A stretch of DNA of 64,000 bases. Source: an uncultured Treponema sp. (GTDB lineage Bacteria > Spirochaetota > Spirochaetia > Treponematales > Treponemataceae). Below the pieces are notes generated by a model. The model did not search any database. It had not been told where the DNA came from and was given only the letters and a program-made list of their open reading frames with translations. The position numbers and the translations under genes are program-made. The stretch is taken from positions 250 through 64,249 of the forward strand of contig CALFJF010000060.1 in the NCBI GenBank assembly GCA_937877535.1, given 5' to 3'. Shown one piece after another: positions 18,106-29,271 of this stretch; position 1 is the stretch's first letter, and each line of letters opens with the position of its first letter.

Positions 18106-21100
18106 TTGAAAAGAAGGCGTTTGCTTTCCGTGATTGCGGGGGCGTTCGTTTTTATATTTTTGCTCGTTATTTGCTTCGCCGTCGTAAGACCGGCTTACGT
18201 TTTTTTGTCCACAGAACTTTCCGCCTTAGAGCGGGCGTTGATGATTGAAGTGGGCGACAAAACGGGACTTTTGCTTTCTTATCGCTCGCTTTCGCCGTCG
18301 CTTCTTTCTGGCGTTTCTGTACATTCAATCGAAATTGTGGACGCGGAAAGCAAAATCGTTCTTGCAAAAATCAAAAAGGCGCGACTTTCTTACGACGCGC
18401 TCGCATTTATTTCAAAAAATCCGCTTTCGGCATTTGATTCGCTTGTAATTTCGGGCGTGGAAGTTGAGTTTGATGCCATTCGCGACGAAAAAGTCGCAAA
18501 AAGACTGCTTTCGCTTTTTAAGAGCGGCGAAAAATCGAGCGAAAAAAACGCGAGTTTTTCGATTCCGTCGATTGACCTTCCGTTTGACGTAATCGTGCGC
18601 GATGTTTCGCTTTCATATTCCGACGAAAAAAACGAAATCCGCGTAAAACTCGACAACATTTCCGCTTTTGAAGGGGAAATCGCGCAAGGAATTTCGTTTA
18701 ATGCGCAAGGCTCGGCGTGGGTAAAAAGCGAGTTTTTGAAAAACGGAACAGAGCGCGTTTTGATTGCGTCAAAATTCGGCGGCACGGGAACGATTTTTCC
18801 GTCTTTGAACGGAAGCAGCGCAACGATTTCGCTTTCTCAAGAAAACGACGTGGATTTTTCTGTAAAAAAACTCGATTTGCTTGCGAGCATTGAAGACGAC
18901 AAAATCCAGATTCACACAATGCGAACCGTTTTTCCGTTTAGCGCGGCGGCAGAATTCGATTTGAACAAAAAATCTCTCAAAGCCGCCATTGACACGAATA
19001 ATTTTGACCCGCTTTCGCTCGTTTTTATAAAAAAGAAGCCCGATTTTTTTCAAAAAATCGAAGGCACGCTGCTTTCAGGAAGCGCGGAGGCGGAAACGAA
19101 TCTCTCCGAAGGAAAAATGAACGGCGTAAAATACAAGACGGATATGCAGTTTTCGCTTCCAAAGTCGCTTGTGGGCGAAAAAATGCGCGTCGCTCTTTTG
19201 AGTGAAGGCGACGAAAAGAAAATCAAAGTGAAAAACCTTTCTGCGCAAAGTCAATCAATCGACGCTTCGTTTTCTGGCTCGTTTGATTTTGCGCGATTGC
19301 AGCCGTCGGGAGAAGTGGACGTTTTGCGCTACACGCTTCCAAACAAAAATGCGATTGCGCTTGAAGCGTATCTTGAACCGAATTACGATGGCGGCACGCA
19401 CGTTGTCATTCCAATCGTTTTTTTGGACGAAAATCCGATTTCGCTTGAAGCGTTTTTGTTTCCAGAAAAGGATTCTTTGGATTTTTCTGTAGAACTTACG
19501 GATTATTCTCACGCCGAAGATTACGAAAAGGCGACCGTTAATTTTGACGGAAGCATGATTTTTGGAGCAAAGCCGTTTGTGCAAGCGCGTGCCGAACTTG
19601 AAAATATTTTTGCCGACAGCGCGTTAAAAATCGCGGCGTTTTTTCTTCCAGAAAAAAATGCTTCTTCGATTTTGCCGATTTCTGAAAACGTTTCGACGTA
19701 TGTGCTTTCGCGCCTTGAATTGTTTGGCTCAAGCGATTTTAAGACGTTTTCGTACAACGCGCCTTACGCCATTTTTGCGAATATTGCAAAAAGCGACAGC
19801 GAATTTGGAACGCTCGCCTTTGACGGCTCAAACGAAATGGTTCAAATCTCAAATCTCAATTTGCAATTTGGTCCCGTTGCATTAGAAGCCCTCGCGCTCG
19901 TTGATTTTTCTGGCGGAATCGACGACATCGCGTTTTCCGTGGATTCAATCGTGAACTCGCTTCCGTATTCGTTTACGGGAAATTTTTCGCCAAATTGGAT
20001 TTCCGTTTCTGGCAGTTACGACCTTGACGTAATGGTGAGCCTTTCTGACGGTTTGAGCGGATTTGTGCAATTTTCTGATTTTCCCGTTCCTGTAAAAGAT
20101 TTTGTGCTTTCGCTTTCTTCGATGGCGACTTTTTCTTGGAACGAAGAAAATGGACTTCACGCAAACGTTGCCCGCTTTGACGTTTCTGAACCAACGGGAA
20201 AAATTTTTGTAGAACCGAGCGTTTCTTTTTCTGGGGAACTTTCAAAATACGGATTTGTGTTTGACTCGTTTTCGTATTCCGACGTAAACAGCGAACTCGA
20301 TATGACGGGAACGTTGAGTTGGTCGCTTGATTTTGACCGACTCGCGCTGGAATTTGCCCGAATTGAACTTGACGGACGAAGCCCGATTTCTTCGGAAGGG
20401 CTTTCGATTCAAGCGGATTTGACGAATCCGTCGCTTTTGCCTTTTTCCGAAGCGTCCATAATCGACGATTATTATCTTTCATTCCACGCACAAATCGACT
20501 CGTTTCCGTTTTCGCGATTTTTGTCTTCTCAAGGAGCGGACAACGTTCTAAATGCCGAAATCAGCGCACTCGGCACAATTTCATCTCCATTTGTGAGCGT
20601 TGATGTTTCAAGCGCGTCGCTTTTGCTTTCGGGCTTGCCACTAAACGCGCACGGACGGGCGGTTTTGGACGATTCGGGGCTTTCCGTTGAAAATGTTGAC
20701 GTTTCTTGGGCGTTTTTGAACGTGCGCGATTTTTTTGCCGATTTTGACCCAAAATCGTTTTCTGGAAAAGCGCAGGCGGAAATGGAAGTTTCTCTTGCGG
20801 GAAAAACGCTTTCTGCGCCGCTTTCTTTTTTTGCCGACGGCGTTATCGACGAAGAAGAAAAGAATTTGTTCGCGCTTCCCGATTTTTTTACCGTTTCAGT
20901 TTCGTCAGAAGGGCTTTCGGGCAGTTTTTTGAAAAACGACGTTCCGTTCAAACTCAACGCTGTTCACATTCCGGGGCAATTTGACATTTTTACGGATAAT
21001 CCGCACGGATTTAAGGCGAGCGTTGCGGGAAACTCGTTTGACGTGTCAACTGGAAAAAACGACATTCTTTCTTTTGCCGCAAACGGCGAGTTGGGAGAAG

Positions 21101-22635
21101 GCGGGGCAATGGATATTTTTGTGACGGACATCGAAGCGGACTTAAAAAAGATAAACGAAAAAATCGACATTCCGTTTGTGTCTTTTCCTGCCGGCACTTT
21201 GAGCGGAAACGTTCGCCTTTCGGGGCTTACGAGCGACCCCGAATTTGCGGGAGCCGTGCAACTCGATTCGCTTTCGATTTTGATTCCGCTTATTTCCAAA
21301 AATTCGCTGGACGCTTCTTCCGTACAAATTACGGCGGGCGCGGAGGGGCTTACGATGAACGATACGCTTTTTACCGTTGGAAAAGGGAGCGTGATGGTTT
21401 CTTCGGACGTTACGTTTGACCGCTGGAATATCGAAAATATCTTTTTGAGCCTTCGTTCAATCGGAAACGTGGGCGTTCCTGTTGACATGAATATGCCGTT
21501 TTTGCACGTTGCAGGCGAGGCTCGACCAGACCTCGATATTTCCGTGATTCTTCCGTCGGACATGGTGATTCAAGGCTCAATTTCTGCCGAAAACGCGGAC
21601 GTTGAAATTACCGCAAATGAACTTCAAGAAAAACTTTCTCTTGAAGGCGTGATAAAATCGATTCCGCTTGATTTTTTGTTTGGTCGAGAAGAAAAGGAAG
21701 AAAATGCGGGAAAAGACGGTGCGCAACCGCTTTTGAACGTTGTTGCAAATTTGGAACTCAATGCAGGAAATCAGGTGCGAATTGCGTTTAATCCGTTTTT
21801 GCGTGCGCTCGTTGCTCCAAATACAATGCTTGATTTTTCAATGGACAGCGCGACAGGCGAGTTTTCTGTTGCAGGCGACGTTACGCTCCACGGTGGAGAA
21901 ATTTCTTGGCTTAGTCGTAATTTTTATCTCCGCGAAGGTCGAATCGTCTTTAACGAAACGCAAGACAATCTTGACCCGCTTGTAACGCTGCGAGCAGAAA
22001 CGCGTGAGCAAGACGACGAAGGAAACCGCGTTACAATTACGCTTTCCGCGCTTTCGCAACCGGTGAGCCGCTTTAATCCAACGTTTAGCGCGAGTCCCGC
22101 AAAAAGCGAATTTGAGATTATGACGCTTCTCGGACAAGTTGTGAGTGCAGACAGCGAAAGCGCGTCCGACGTGGCTTTGGCGGGTGGCGATTATCTTGTT
22201 CAAGCGACGGTCATTCGCAAACTTGAAAACGCATTGCGAGAGTTGCTTAATTTTGATATATTTTCGCTTCGGACGAATGTGTTTCAAAACGCGGTCAAGG
22301 CGGGAATTGGCAACATTGGAACGGGCGACAAAAAAGACGAAACGCGAGAGGATATTACGTTTGGTAACTTTTTTGACAATTCCACTGTTTATATCGGCAA
22401 GTATTTCGGAAGCGCAATTTATCTTGACGCGATGTTTCATTGGAATTACGACAAGACGACACTTGATAACGGCACGAGCGTGAATGGCGTTGTCTTTCAA
22501 CCCGAATTTGGTTTTGAAATGGCAAGTCCGTTCGTGAATATTCGACTTGGTGTTGCACCAGGTGTTGAGGCGATTCAACAGAATATGTGGGTTCAGTCCT
22601 CGTCTATCACGCTTTCTTGGAAACATCAATTCTGA
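18106..22635 (+). CDS. tamB: TamB-like translocation and assembly module protein (AsmA-like/DUF490)
   Basis: About 1500 aa. It has one N-terminal TM segment (KRRRLLSVIAGAFVFIFLLV) and a long Ser/Phe/Asp-rich beta-type body. The C-terminal region (LVTLRAETRE ... ITLSWKHQF) resembles the DUF490 end. It sits directly upstream of bamA, as in other spirochaetes. The tracked start at 18082 overlaps the putative -10 element, so TTG at 18106 is preferred. Confidence 0.8.
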   Translation: MKRRRLLSVIAGAFVFIFLLVICFAVVRPAYVFLSTELSALERALMIEVGDKTGLLLSYRSLSPSLLSGVSVHSIEIVDAESKIVLAKIKKARLSYDALAFISKNPLSAFDSLVISGVEVEFDAIRDEKVAKRLLSLFKSGEKSSEKNASFSIPSIDLPFDVIVRDVSLSYSDEKNEIRVKLDNISAFEGEIAQGISFNAQGSAWVKSEFLKNGTERVLIASKFGGTGTIFPSLNGSSATISLSQENDVDFSVKKLDLLASIEDDKIQIHTMRTVFPFSAAAEFDLNKKSLKAAIDTNNFDPLSLVFIKKKPDFFQKIEGTLLSGSAEAETNLSEGKMNGVKYKTDMQFSLPKSLVGEKMRVALLSEGDEKKIKVKNLSAQSQSIDASFSGSFDFARLQPSGEVDVLRYTLPNKNAIALEAYLEPNYDGGTHVVIPIVFLDENPISLEAFLFPEKDSLDFSVELTDYSHAEDYEKATVNFDGSMIFGAKPFVQARAELENIFADSALKIAAFFLPEKNASSILPISENVSTYVLSRLELFGSSDFKTFSYNAPYAIFANIAKSDSEFGTLAFDGSNEMVQISNLNLQFGPVALEALALVDFSGGIDDIAFSVDSIVNSLPYSFTGNFSPNWISVSGSYDLDVMVSLSDGLSGFVQFSDFPVPVKDFVLSLSSMATFSWNEENGLHANVARFDVSEPTGKIFVEPSVSFSGELSKYGFVFDSFSYSDVNSELDMTGTLSWSLDFDRLALEFARIELDGRSPISSEGLSIQADLTNPSLLPFSEASIIDDYYLSFHAQIDSFPFSRFLSSQGADNVLNAEISALGTISSPFVSVDVSSASLLLSGLPLNAHGRAVLDDSGLSVENVDVSWAFLNVRDFFADFDPKSFSGKAQAEMEVSLAGKTLSAPLSFFADGVIDEEEKNLFALPDFFTVSVSSEGLSGSFLKNDVPFKLNAVHIPGQFDIFTDNPHGFKASVAGNSFDVSTGKNDILSFAANGELGEGGAMDIFVTDIEADLKKINEKIDIPFVSFPAGTLSGNVRLSGLTSDPEFAGAVQLDSLSILIPLISKNSLDASSVQITAGAEGLTMNDTLFTVGKGSVMVSSDVTFDRWNIENIFLSLRSIGNVGVPVDMNMPFLHVAGEARPDLDISVILPSDMVIQGSISAENADVEITANELQEKLSLEGVIKSIPLDFLFGREEKEENAGKDGAQPLLNVVANLELNAGNQVRIAFNPFLRALVAPNTMLDFSMDSATGEFSVAGDVTLHGGEISWLSRNFYLREGRIVFNETQDNLDPLVTLRAETREQDDEGNRVTITLSALSQPVSRFNPTFSASPAKSEFEIMTLLGQVVSADSESASDVALAGGDYLVQATVIRKLENALRELLNFDIFSLRTNVFQNAVKAGIGNIGTGDKKDETREDITFGNFFDNSTVYIGKYFGSAIYLDAMFHWNYDKTTLDNGTSVNGVVFQPEFGFEMASPFVNIRLGVAPGVEAIQQNMWVQSSSITLSWKHQF

Positions 22636-22659
22636 GAAAACATAAAATACGGAGATTAT

Positions 22660-25131
22660 ATGAAATCCTTTTCGATTCTTCCAATTATAAAAAGAGCGCG
22701 ATTTTTTTTGCCATTTTTGGCTTTTGTTGCTTTTTGGGGTATTTTTCCTGCCGTTCAAGCATTTTCTCAAGAAAGCGCAGAATCCACAGAATCTTCAGAT
22801 GACGATGACTCTTGGTATTATGGAAAACTTATAAAATCTGTTAGTTTTAAGGGGTTAAAAAACACGGATTCTCGCGATTTAGACGGAATTACGTCTTCTT
22901 TTAAGGGAAAACCGTTTACGGACGATAATTTTTCTCAACTCGTTGACAGACTCTACACGCTCGATTTGTTCGACGAAATAAATCCAGAGGCCGTTCCGGG
23001 AGATTCAAAGAAAAACACCGTTTCAATCGTTTTTACGGTAACAGAGCGACCTGCAATAAGACGAATAATCATCAAAGGAAACAAAGGCATTCGCACCGCC
23101 GAAGTCAAAGAGGCGATTTCTATGAAAGAAAAGGAAGTTTTTGTTTCGTCAAAACTTCCCACCGACGAACGAGCGATTCGCGCGTTGTATCTTGAAAAAG
23201 GCTTTACAAATGTAAAAGTGTCTTCTTCCACGGAAGAAACGGAAAAAGGAATCGTTGTAACATTTACCGTTGACGAAGGCAGAAACACCGTAATCACAAA
23301 AATTGATTTTTCGGGAAACAAAATCGCTTCTGCAAAAACGCTCCGAGGGCAGTGTAAATTAAAAGAGGCGGGATTTTTTTCAAAAGGCGCGTTCCAAGAA
23401 TCCACGCTCGAAGCGGACAAACAGGCAATCGTTTTTTGGTATTTGAACAAAGGCTACATGGACGCAACGGTCGTTGACGTTACAAAAGAAATCAACGTGA
23501 ACGAAGAAAAAGAACGCGACGAACTGACGATTACGTTTTACATTCAAGAAGGCGGGCAGTACACGTTTTCTGGAATCGAGTTTTCTGGAAACGAGATTTT
23601 TCCCGATGAAAAACTTTCTTCGCTGATGAGATTGAAAACGGGCGACATTTTGAATCAAACAAAATTGCAAGAAAGTTTCCAATTGATTGCAGACTTGTAT
23701 TATGAAAACGGTTACACGTCAAATCGCTTTAATCCGATTCCGTCAAAAGACGTTGAAGCGCATACGGTTTTTTACACGTTCAATATAAACGAAAACGCAC
23801 GAAGCCATGTTGAAAGCGTGTCAATAAAAGGAAATACAAAAACAAGAGAATACGTTATAACGCGAGAAATTCCGATTGAATCTGGCGACATTTTTTCAAA
23901 AGCCAAAATCACAACGGGTTTACGAAATTTGTACAATCTTCAATATTTTAGCGCGGTTGTGCCAGACATCGTGCCTGGAAGCGAGGAAAATCTTGTTGAC
24001 ATTGTGTTTTCCGTTGAAGAGCAATCCACGACTTCAATCGAGTTTGGCGTTACATTTTCTGGCGTAAGCGACCCCGATGACCTTCCGTTCGCGCTTTTTG
24101 CAAAATGGCAAGATTCCAATTTGCGCGGCTCTGGAAAATCGCTTTCGATTTCAACAACAATCGCCACAGACGAGCAAGCGGTGAGCGTGAGTTTGACTGA
24201 AAACTGGCTTTTGGGACTTCCCGTGTTCGCGTCTGTTACAACAGGTTTTTCTCATTCCGACCTTTCTGCTCTGCGCCTTGGAATTGACGGCGACGGAAAT
24301 GTTGACGACGATTCGTATTACATGGATTACGAGCAATGGCGATGGACGTTGGGCTTCTCGCTTGGGCGCAGATGGACTCCCGATTGGGCGATTCTTTCGG
24401 CGGCGGCGGGCGTTACGGCAAGCCTTAAAAACAACATTTACGACACGGATTTGTGGATTCCGCTTGACACGAGCGTGAGCGAATACGCGAACGATTGGGG
24501 ATGGCAAAACAGCGTTTGGACTTCGTTTTCGGTGGACGACAGAAATATAAACTACGACCCGTCCAAAGGCTGGTTTGCAAGCGAGCGACTGACTTGGTAC
24601 GGACTTACGCCGTTTGAAACGGAATATTTTTTGAAGACCGACACAAAATTGGAAAAATATTTCACGCTCCTCGATTTGAAAGTGACGGAATCGTGGAATT
24701 TTCGGCTTGTTCTGGCGGGTTACACGGGACTTACGTTGCTTTTTCCCGCTCCGAATACGGGAATTGGAGATACGAGCAAATTGTACATCGACGGAATGTT
24801 CAACGGGCGTGGCTGGACGAACATTTACAACAAAGTCCGCGGCCGTGCCCTTTGGAGTAGCAACATAGAACTTCGTATGCCGCTTGTTCCTGGAGTGCTT
24901 GCGCTTGATTGGTTCGGGGACGCGGCGGTAATCAAAGACAGCCGTTACGATTTGTTCAATCATCTTTCGGTTGAGGATTTTTACTTTAGTACAGGTCCTG
25001 GAATCCGCTTTACAATTCCGCAATTCCCGCTCCGACTGCTCTTTGCAAACACGTTTAGAGTTCAAGACGGAAGCGTTGAATGGGATAAAAAATGGAAATT
25101 CGTCCTTTCGTTCAACATAACGAACAAATAA
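22660..25131 (+). CDS. bamA: outer membrane protein assembly factor BamA
   Basis: 823 aa with a signal peptide, repeated POTRA-like units (VSFKGLKN.., IIIKGNKG.., IDFSGNK.., IEFSGNEIF.., VSIKGNTKT) and a C-terminal beta-barrel. Confidence 0.9.
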   Translation: MKSFSILPIIKRARFFLPFLAFVAFWGIFPAVQAFSQESAESTESSDDDDSWYYGKLIKSVSFKGLKNTDSRDLDGITSSFKGKPFTDDNFSQLVDRLYTLDLFDEINPEAVPGDSKKNTVSIVFTVTERPAIRRIIIKGNKGIRTAEVKEAISMKEKEVFVSSKLPTDERAIRALYLEKGFTNVKVSSSTEETEKGIVVTFTVDEGRNTVITKIDFSGNKIASAKTLRGQCKLKEAGFFSKGAFQESTLEADKQAIVFWYLNKGYMDATVVDVTKEINVNEEKERDELTITFYIQEGGQYTFSGIEFSGNEIFPDEKLSSLMRLKTGDILNQTKLQESFQLIADLYYENGYTSNRFNPIPSKDVEAHTVFYTFNINENARSHVESVSIKGNTKTREYVITREIPIESGDIFSKAKITTGLRNLYNLQYFSAVVPDIVPGSEENLVDIVFSVEEQSTTSIEFGVTFSGVSDPDDLPFALFAKWQDSNLRGSGKSLSISTTIATDEQAVSVSLTENWLLGLPVFASVTTGFSHSDLSALRLGIDGDGNVDDDSYYMDYEQWRWTLGFSLGRRWTPDWAILSAAAGVTASLKNNIYDTDLWIPLDTSVSEYANDWGWQNSVWTSFSVDDRNINYDPSKGWFASERLTWYGLTPFETEYFLKTDTKLEKYFTLLDLKVTESWNFRLVLAGYTGLTLLFPAPNTGIGDTSKLYIDGMFNGRGWTNIYNKVRGRALWSSNIELRMPLVPGVLALDWFGDAAVIKDSRYDLFNHLSVEDFYFSTGPGIRFTIPQFPLRLLFANTFRVQDGSVEWDKKWKFVLSFNITNK

Positions 25132-25158
25132 AATCGAAAATCTAAAAATGGAGAAACT

Positions 25159-25671
25159 ATGAAAAAATATTTTGTTGCACTTGCGCTCGCTCTTTTTTCG
25201 ACTGTGGCTTTTTCGCAGCAAATTACGCGCTTTGGAGTCGTGGATACGGCGAAAGTTTTTCAAGCGTATTTTAAGGCGAGTGCGCCGATGCGGACTTACG
25301 AATCAAAAAAGGCGGATTTTCAAAAAGAAATCGACCGTCGAACCGAGGAAATCCGAAAACTCCGACAGCAAAAAGTGGACGCGCAAAACGCGGGGAACGA
25401 TTCGCAAGTGTTGCGTTTGGACGCTGACATTGCGCGAAAAACAGAAAGTCTTACAGAATACACGCACTCAAAAAATATGGAACTTGAAAATTTAAAGAAT
25501 AGCCTTCAAAACTCAAACGATTTTTACAACAAATTGTACAACGTGATTGAGCGCGTTGCCGAAAACGAAGGTTTTTCTGCGATTTTGAGTTTGCAACAAG
25601 GAAACGGAATCCTTTGGTACAGTTCAAGCGTGGACGTTACCGACAAAGTAATTCACGAATTGGGACTTTGA
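25159..25671 (+). CDS. skp: OmpH/Skp-like periplasmic chaperone
   Basis: 170 aa with a signal peptide and a coiled-coil body. FGVVDTAKVFQAYF is a typical Skp start. It follows bamA. Confidence 0.8.
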   Translation: MKKYFVALALALFSTVAFSQQITRFGVVDTAKVFQAYFKASAPMRTYESKKADFQKEIDRRTEEIRKLRQQKVDAQNAGNDSQVLRLDADIARKTESLTEYTHSKNMELENLKNSLQNSNDFYNKLYNVIERVAENEGFSAILSLQQGNGILWYSSSVDVTDKVIHELGL

Positions 25672-25772
25672 TTTTTGCTCCAACTCGAACGGGCGCACTT
25701 TTGAAGGATTTTTCTGCATTTTTGCGGGAAAATCCCTTTTTGCTTTTAGAAGTTATTTTGTAATTATAAAAT

Positions 25773-28394
25773 GTGGCAAAAAGTGCGACAATGACATACA
25801 AAAAAGGAGAAACAATGGAGGACGAAAACGACACTCCGCTGATGAAGCAATACGCTTCAATAAAAAATGAACACAAAAATGAGGTGCTTTTTTTTCGCCT
25901 CGGAGATTTTTATGAAATGTTCGACGACGACGCAAAGGAAGTTTCGCGTCTTTTGAACCTGACGCTTACGCACAGAGGCGCAAGACCGATGTGTGGAATT
26001 CCGTTTCATGCGGCAAAAGTGTATATCGCGCGGCTTTTAAGGCTTGGAAAAAAAATCGCGATTTGTGAGCAAATTGGCGAGGTTACGGGAAAAACGCTTG
26101 CAAAGCGTCGCGTTGTTGAAGTGATTACGCCAGGAACTGCCGTTGACGGCTCGTATCTTGACGGCGGGCAAAACAATTTTCTTGCGTGCCTTTGCGCCTC
26201 TTCGCGCGAGGTGGGCTTTGCGTTTATTGACGTTACGACTGCCGACTTTTTTGCTACAAGTTGGCTTTTTTCCGAAATGTCCGAGGCGTTTCCGAGGGAA
26301 CTTTCTCGCGCAAATCCAAAGGAATTGCTCCTTCCTGAATCTTTGAAAAATGAAAGAGCGATTCACAATTTCCTCTGTGAAAAAAAAAGCATTTCCGTTT
26401 CGTATTATCCAGATTGGGAATTTGATTCAAAAAAATCGTTTGAGCGGCTGAAAACGCAATTTGGAACGCAAAATCTTCGCTCGTTTTCTCTTTCGGAATC
26501 TTCGGCGGAGGTGATTCCCGCGGGATTTTTGCTCGATTACATTTCCAGAATGACGGTAACGTCTTCGCCACACGTTTCAAATCTAAACGTGTACAAAAAC
26601 AGCGCGTTTTTGATGCTCGACGAATCTTCCAGACGAAATCTTGAGTTGACGGAAAATCTCCGCGACGGCTCTGCGCAATTTTCGCTTTTGGGGATTTTGG
26701 GAATCGAAAAAACCGCGATGGGAAAACGACTTATGCGCTCGTGGATTTTGTACCCGCTTTTGGAAAAAGAAAAAATAATCGCTCGGCAAAATCAGATTGC
26801 TCGATTTTTTGAAGACGACGCGCTTCTTTTGTTTGTTCGCGAAAAATTGTCGTCTGTGCTTGATTTGGAGCGACTTTCTGCGCGCGTTGCAATGGAACGA
26901 GCGCACGCAAAGGATTTGCAAGCGTTGCGGCAAAGTCTTGAATCTTGGATAAGCGTTTGCGAAAAACTTGGCGGAGAAAATCTTGAAAAAGCAAACGAAA
27001 TCGTGCGTTTGATAAACAATTCGATTTTAGACGACCCGTCAACGTCGATTTCCGAAGGACGGCTCATAAAAGACGGCTACAGCGCAGAATTAGATGGCAT
27101 TAGAGCATTGCACGACAACGCTTCAAGGATTTTGGAAGAATACGCGGAAGAAGAGCGCGAAAAAACGGGAATCCAAAATCTCAAAATTAGACGAACGGAC
27201 GCGACGGGATTTTTTATTGAAATAAGCCGCGCTCGCGCCGCGCTCGTTCCAAATTATTTTATAATGCGCCGCTCGCTTACGAATTCTGACCGATTTACGA
27301 CCGAAAAATTGCAAGAAATCGAAGAAAAAATAAACGATTCGTCTGAAAAAATAATTGACCTTGAAAAAATGCTTTTTTTGGAAATTCGCGCAAAAATCGC
27401 CGTTTTTGTGCCGTATCTTCTTGAAATCGCGCAAAAAATCGCGCTCGTCGATTGTGCGTCTTCGCTTGCAAGCGTTGCGCTTCGCTATCATTGGACGTGT
27501 CCAATCGTTGACGATTCGTCGGTTCTTGAAATAAAAGAAGGGCGGCACCCTGTAGTCGAACAGTCGCTTCCTTCGGGCGAGTTCGTTCCGAATGATGCGC
27601 TTTTGGATTCTAGCGGAAAATCGCCGTCGTTTTGCCTTATCACAGGTCCAAATATGGCGGGAAAATCGACGTATCTTAGACAAACCGCGCTCATCGTGCT
27701 TCTCTCTCAAATTGGTTCGTTTGTTCCTGCAAAAAGCGCGAGAATCGGAATCGTTGACCGAATTTTTTGCCGAGTTGGAGCCAGCGACAATCTTGCCAGA
27801 GGCGAATCGACTTTTCTTGTGGAGATGACGGAAACTGCGTTTATTTTGCGGGCGGCAACGCAAAAATCGCTTGTTATAATGGACGAAGTTGGACGAGGCA
27901 CTTCCACAGAAGACGGACTTTCGATTGCCTGGGCGGTTTCGGAGCATCTTTTGAATTCGATTCGCTGCAAGACGCTTTTTGCCACGCATTACCACGAATT
28001 GACGCGCCTTTTGCATCCCGCGCTTCGCTTGCTTTTTATGGATGTTTGTGAAAAAGACGAAAAAATCGTTTTTTTGCGAAAAATCAAAGAAGGCGCGAGC
28101 GAAAATTCCTATGGAATCCACGTGGCTTCTCTTGCCGGCGTTCCCAAAAACGTGATTTTACGCGCCGAAGAAATCCTTGGCACGCTTCAATCTTCGCGGG
28201 AAAACGCTGTTGTTCCAAATATAAAAACGCAGCCGCCGCGTCAAATCGAAGAAAAAAAATCGCCGTCCCTTTTTAGCGATGAAGAGTTGGTTCTTTCGGA
28301 ATTGCTTTCGCTGGATTCTGACAATATAACGCCGCGGCAAGCGTTGGACGCGATTGTCCGCTGGCAAAACGCGCTTTGGAATGAAGCAAAATAA
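25773..28394 (+). CDS. mutS: DNA mismatch repair protein MutS
   Basis: TPLMKQY ... FFRLGDFYEMF N-terminus, GPNMAGKSTYLRQ Walker A, and DEVGRGTST. The true start may be the MEDEN codon at 25815. Confidence 0.95.
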   Translation: MAKSATMTYKKGETMEDENDTPLMKQYASIKNEHKNEVLFFRLGDFYEMFDDDAKEVSRLLNLTLTHRGARPMCGIPFHAAKVYIARLLRLGKKIAICEQIGEVTGKTLAKRRVVEVITPGTAVDGSYLDGGQNNFLACLCASSREVGFAFIDVTTADFFATSWLFSEMSEAFPRELSRANPKELLLPESLKNERAIHNFLCEKKSISVSYYPDWEFDSKKSFERLKTQFGTQNLRSFSLSESSAEVIPAGFLLDYISRMTVTSSPHVSNLNVYKNSAFLMLDESSRRNLELTENLRDGSAQFSLLGILGIEKTAMGKRLMRSWILYPLLEKEKIIARQNQIARFFEDDALLLFVREKLSSVLDLERLSARVAMERAHAKDLQALRQSLESWISVCEKLGGENLEKANEIVRLINNSILDDPSTSISEGRLIKDGYSAELDGIRALHDNASRILEEYAEEEREKTGIQNLKIRRTDATGFFIEISRARAALVPNYFIMRRSLTNSDRFTTEKLQEIEEKINDSSEKIIDLEKMLFLEIRAKIAVFVPYLLEIAQKIALVDCASSLASVALRYHWTCPIVDDSSVLEIKEGRHPVVEQSLPSGEFVPNDALLDSSGKSPSFCLITGPNMAGKSTYLRQTALIVLLSQIGSFVPAKSARIGIVDRIFCRVGASDNLARGESTFLVEMTETAFILRAATQKSLVIMDEVGRGTSTEDGLSIAWAVSEHLLNSIRCKTLFATHYHELTRLLHPALRLLFMDVCEKDEKIVFLRKIKEGASENSYGIHVASLAGVPKNVILRAEEILGTLQSSRENAVVPNIKTQPPRQIEEKKSPSLFSDEELVLSELLSLDSDNITPRQALDAIVRWQNALWNEAK

Positions 28395-28444
28395 AAAAAC
28401 GAAGAAATCGCAAAAATCGTATAGGAATCGGATAATTTTTAATT

Positions 28445-29236
28445 ATGAATAAAGTCCGTTTGCCGGTGCATTTTTTGCTTTTGTTTTACGCAAAATCGTT
28501 TTTGTCGTTCGCGTTTGGCGGGGAAACATGCGTTCGCTGCGGAGAATCGACCGCGCTGCTTCCCATTTGCAAAAAGTGCGAAAAAATCCTCGAAAAACGT
28601 TCGTTTGATTCGGCTGGAAAATGCGCAAAATGCGGAAAACATATCCTTTTGAAAAAATCTCCCGATTTTATTTGCTACGCTTGCAAAGAAAAACCGAAAT
28701 TTGAGGCTGTTGACCGACTTTTTCCGCTTTGGACGTACCGCGTTTGGCGAAAACGGTTGATTTTTCTTTGGAAAATCAAAGGACTTCGTTCGCTTTCGAT
28801 TTTGTTTGCGCGTCTTATCGAGCAAAAAATCCGCGAAATGGAAACCGAGCTTGGCATAAAAGCGGGCGAAGGCGTTGTAATTCCCGTTCCGCCGCGTCCT
28901 GGAAAAATTCGCGCTCAAGGCTATGACCAAATCGAAGATATTTCCAGATTGCTTTTTGGGGCTTTTCATCGAAAAATCTGCCGAGTTTTGAAAAGACTGT
29001 CGAAAGTTCAAAAAAAGAAACAAAGCCGCGTCGAGCGAATTTCCTCGGCTGGAAAAAATTATTGCTCGCTTTCACATAAAAAAATCGCGCGTGAGTTTGG
29101 CGGAACAATTCCAGAAAGCGTTTTTTTAATCGACGACGTTGTTACGACTGGCTCCACGATTGAAGAATGTGCGTCGATTCTCAAATCCTTTGGAGTGAAA
29201 CGAGTTTTTGCAATTTCCCTTTGTTGCGTGGAATAA
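28445..29236 (+). CDS. comF: ComF-family phosphoribosyltransferase-domain protein
   Basis: N-terminal CxxC pairs (CVRCG, CKKCE, CAKCG, CYAC) and an LIDDVVTTGST PRT motif. Confidence 0.8.
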   Translation: MNKVRLPVHFLLLFYAKSFLSFAFGGETCVRCGESTALLPICKKCEKILEKRSFDSAGKCAKCGKHILLKKSPDFICYACKEKPKFEAVDRLFPLWTYRVWRKRLIFLWKIKGLRSLSILFARLIEQKIREMETELGIKAGEGVVIPVPPRPGKIRAQGYDQIEDISRLLFGAFHRKICRVLKRLSKVQKKKQSRVERISSAGKNYCSLSHKKIAREFGGTIPESVFLIDDVVTTGSTIEECASILKSFGVKRVFAISLCCVE

Positions 29237-29271
29237 ACGGCTTTTTATTCCATTGGATATTTTGAAATTCT

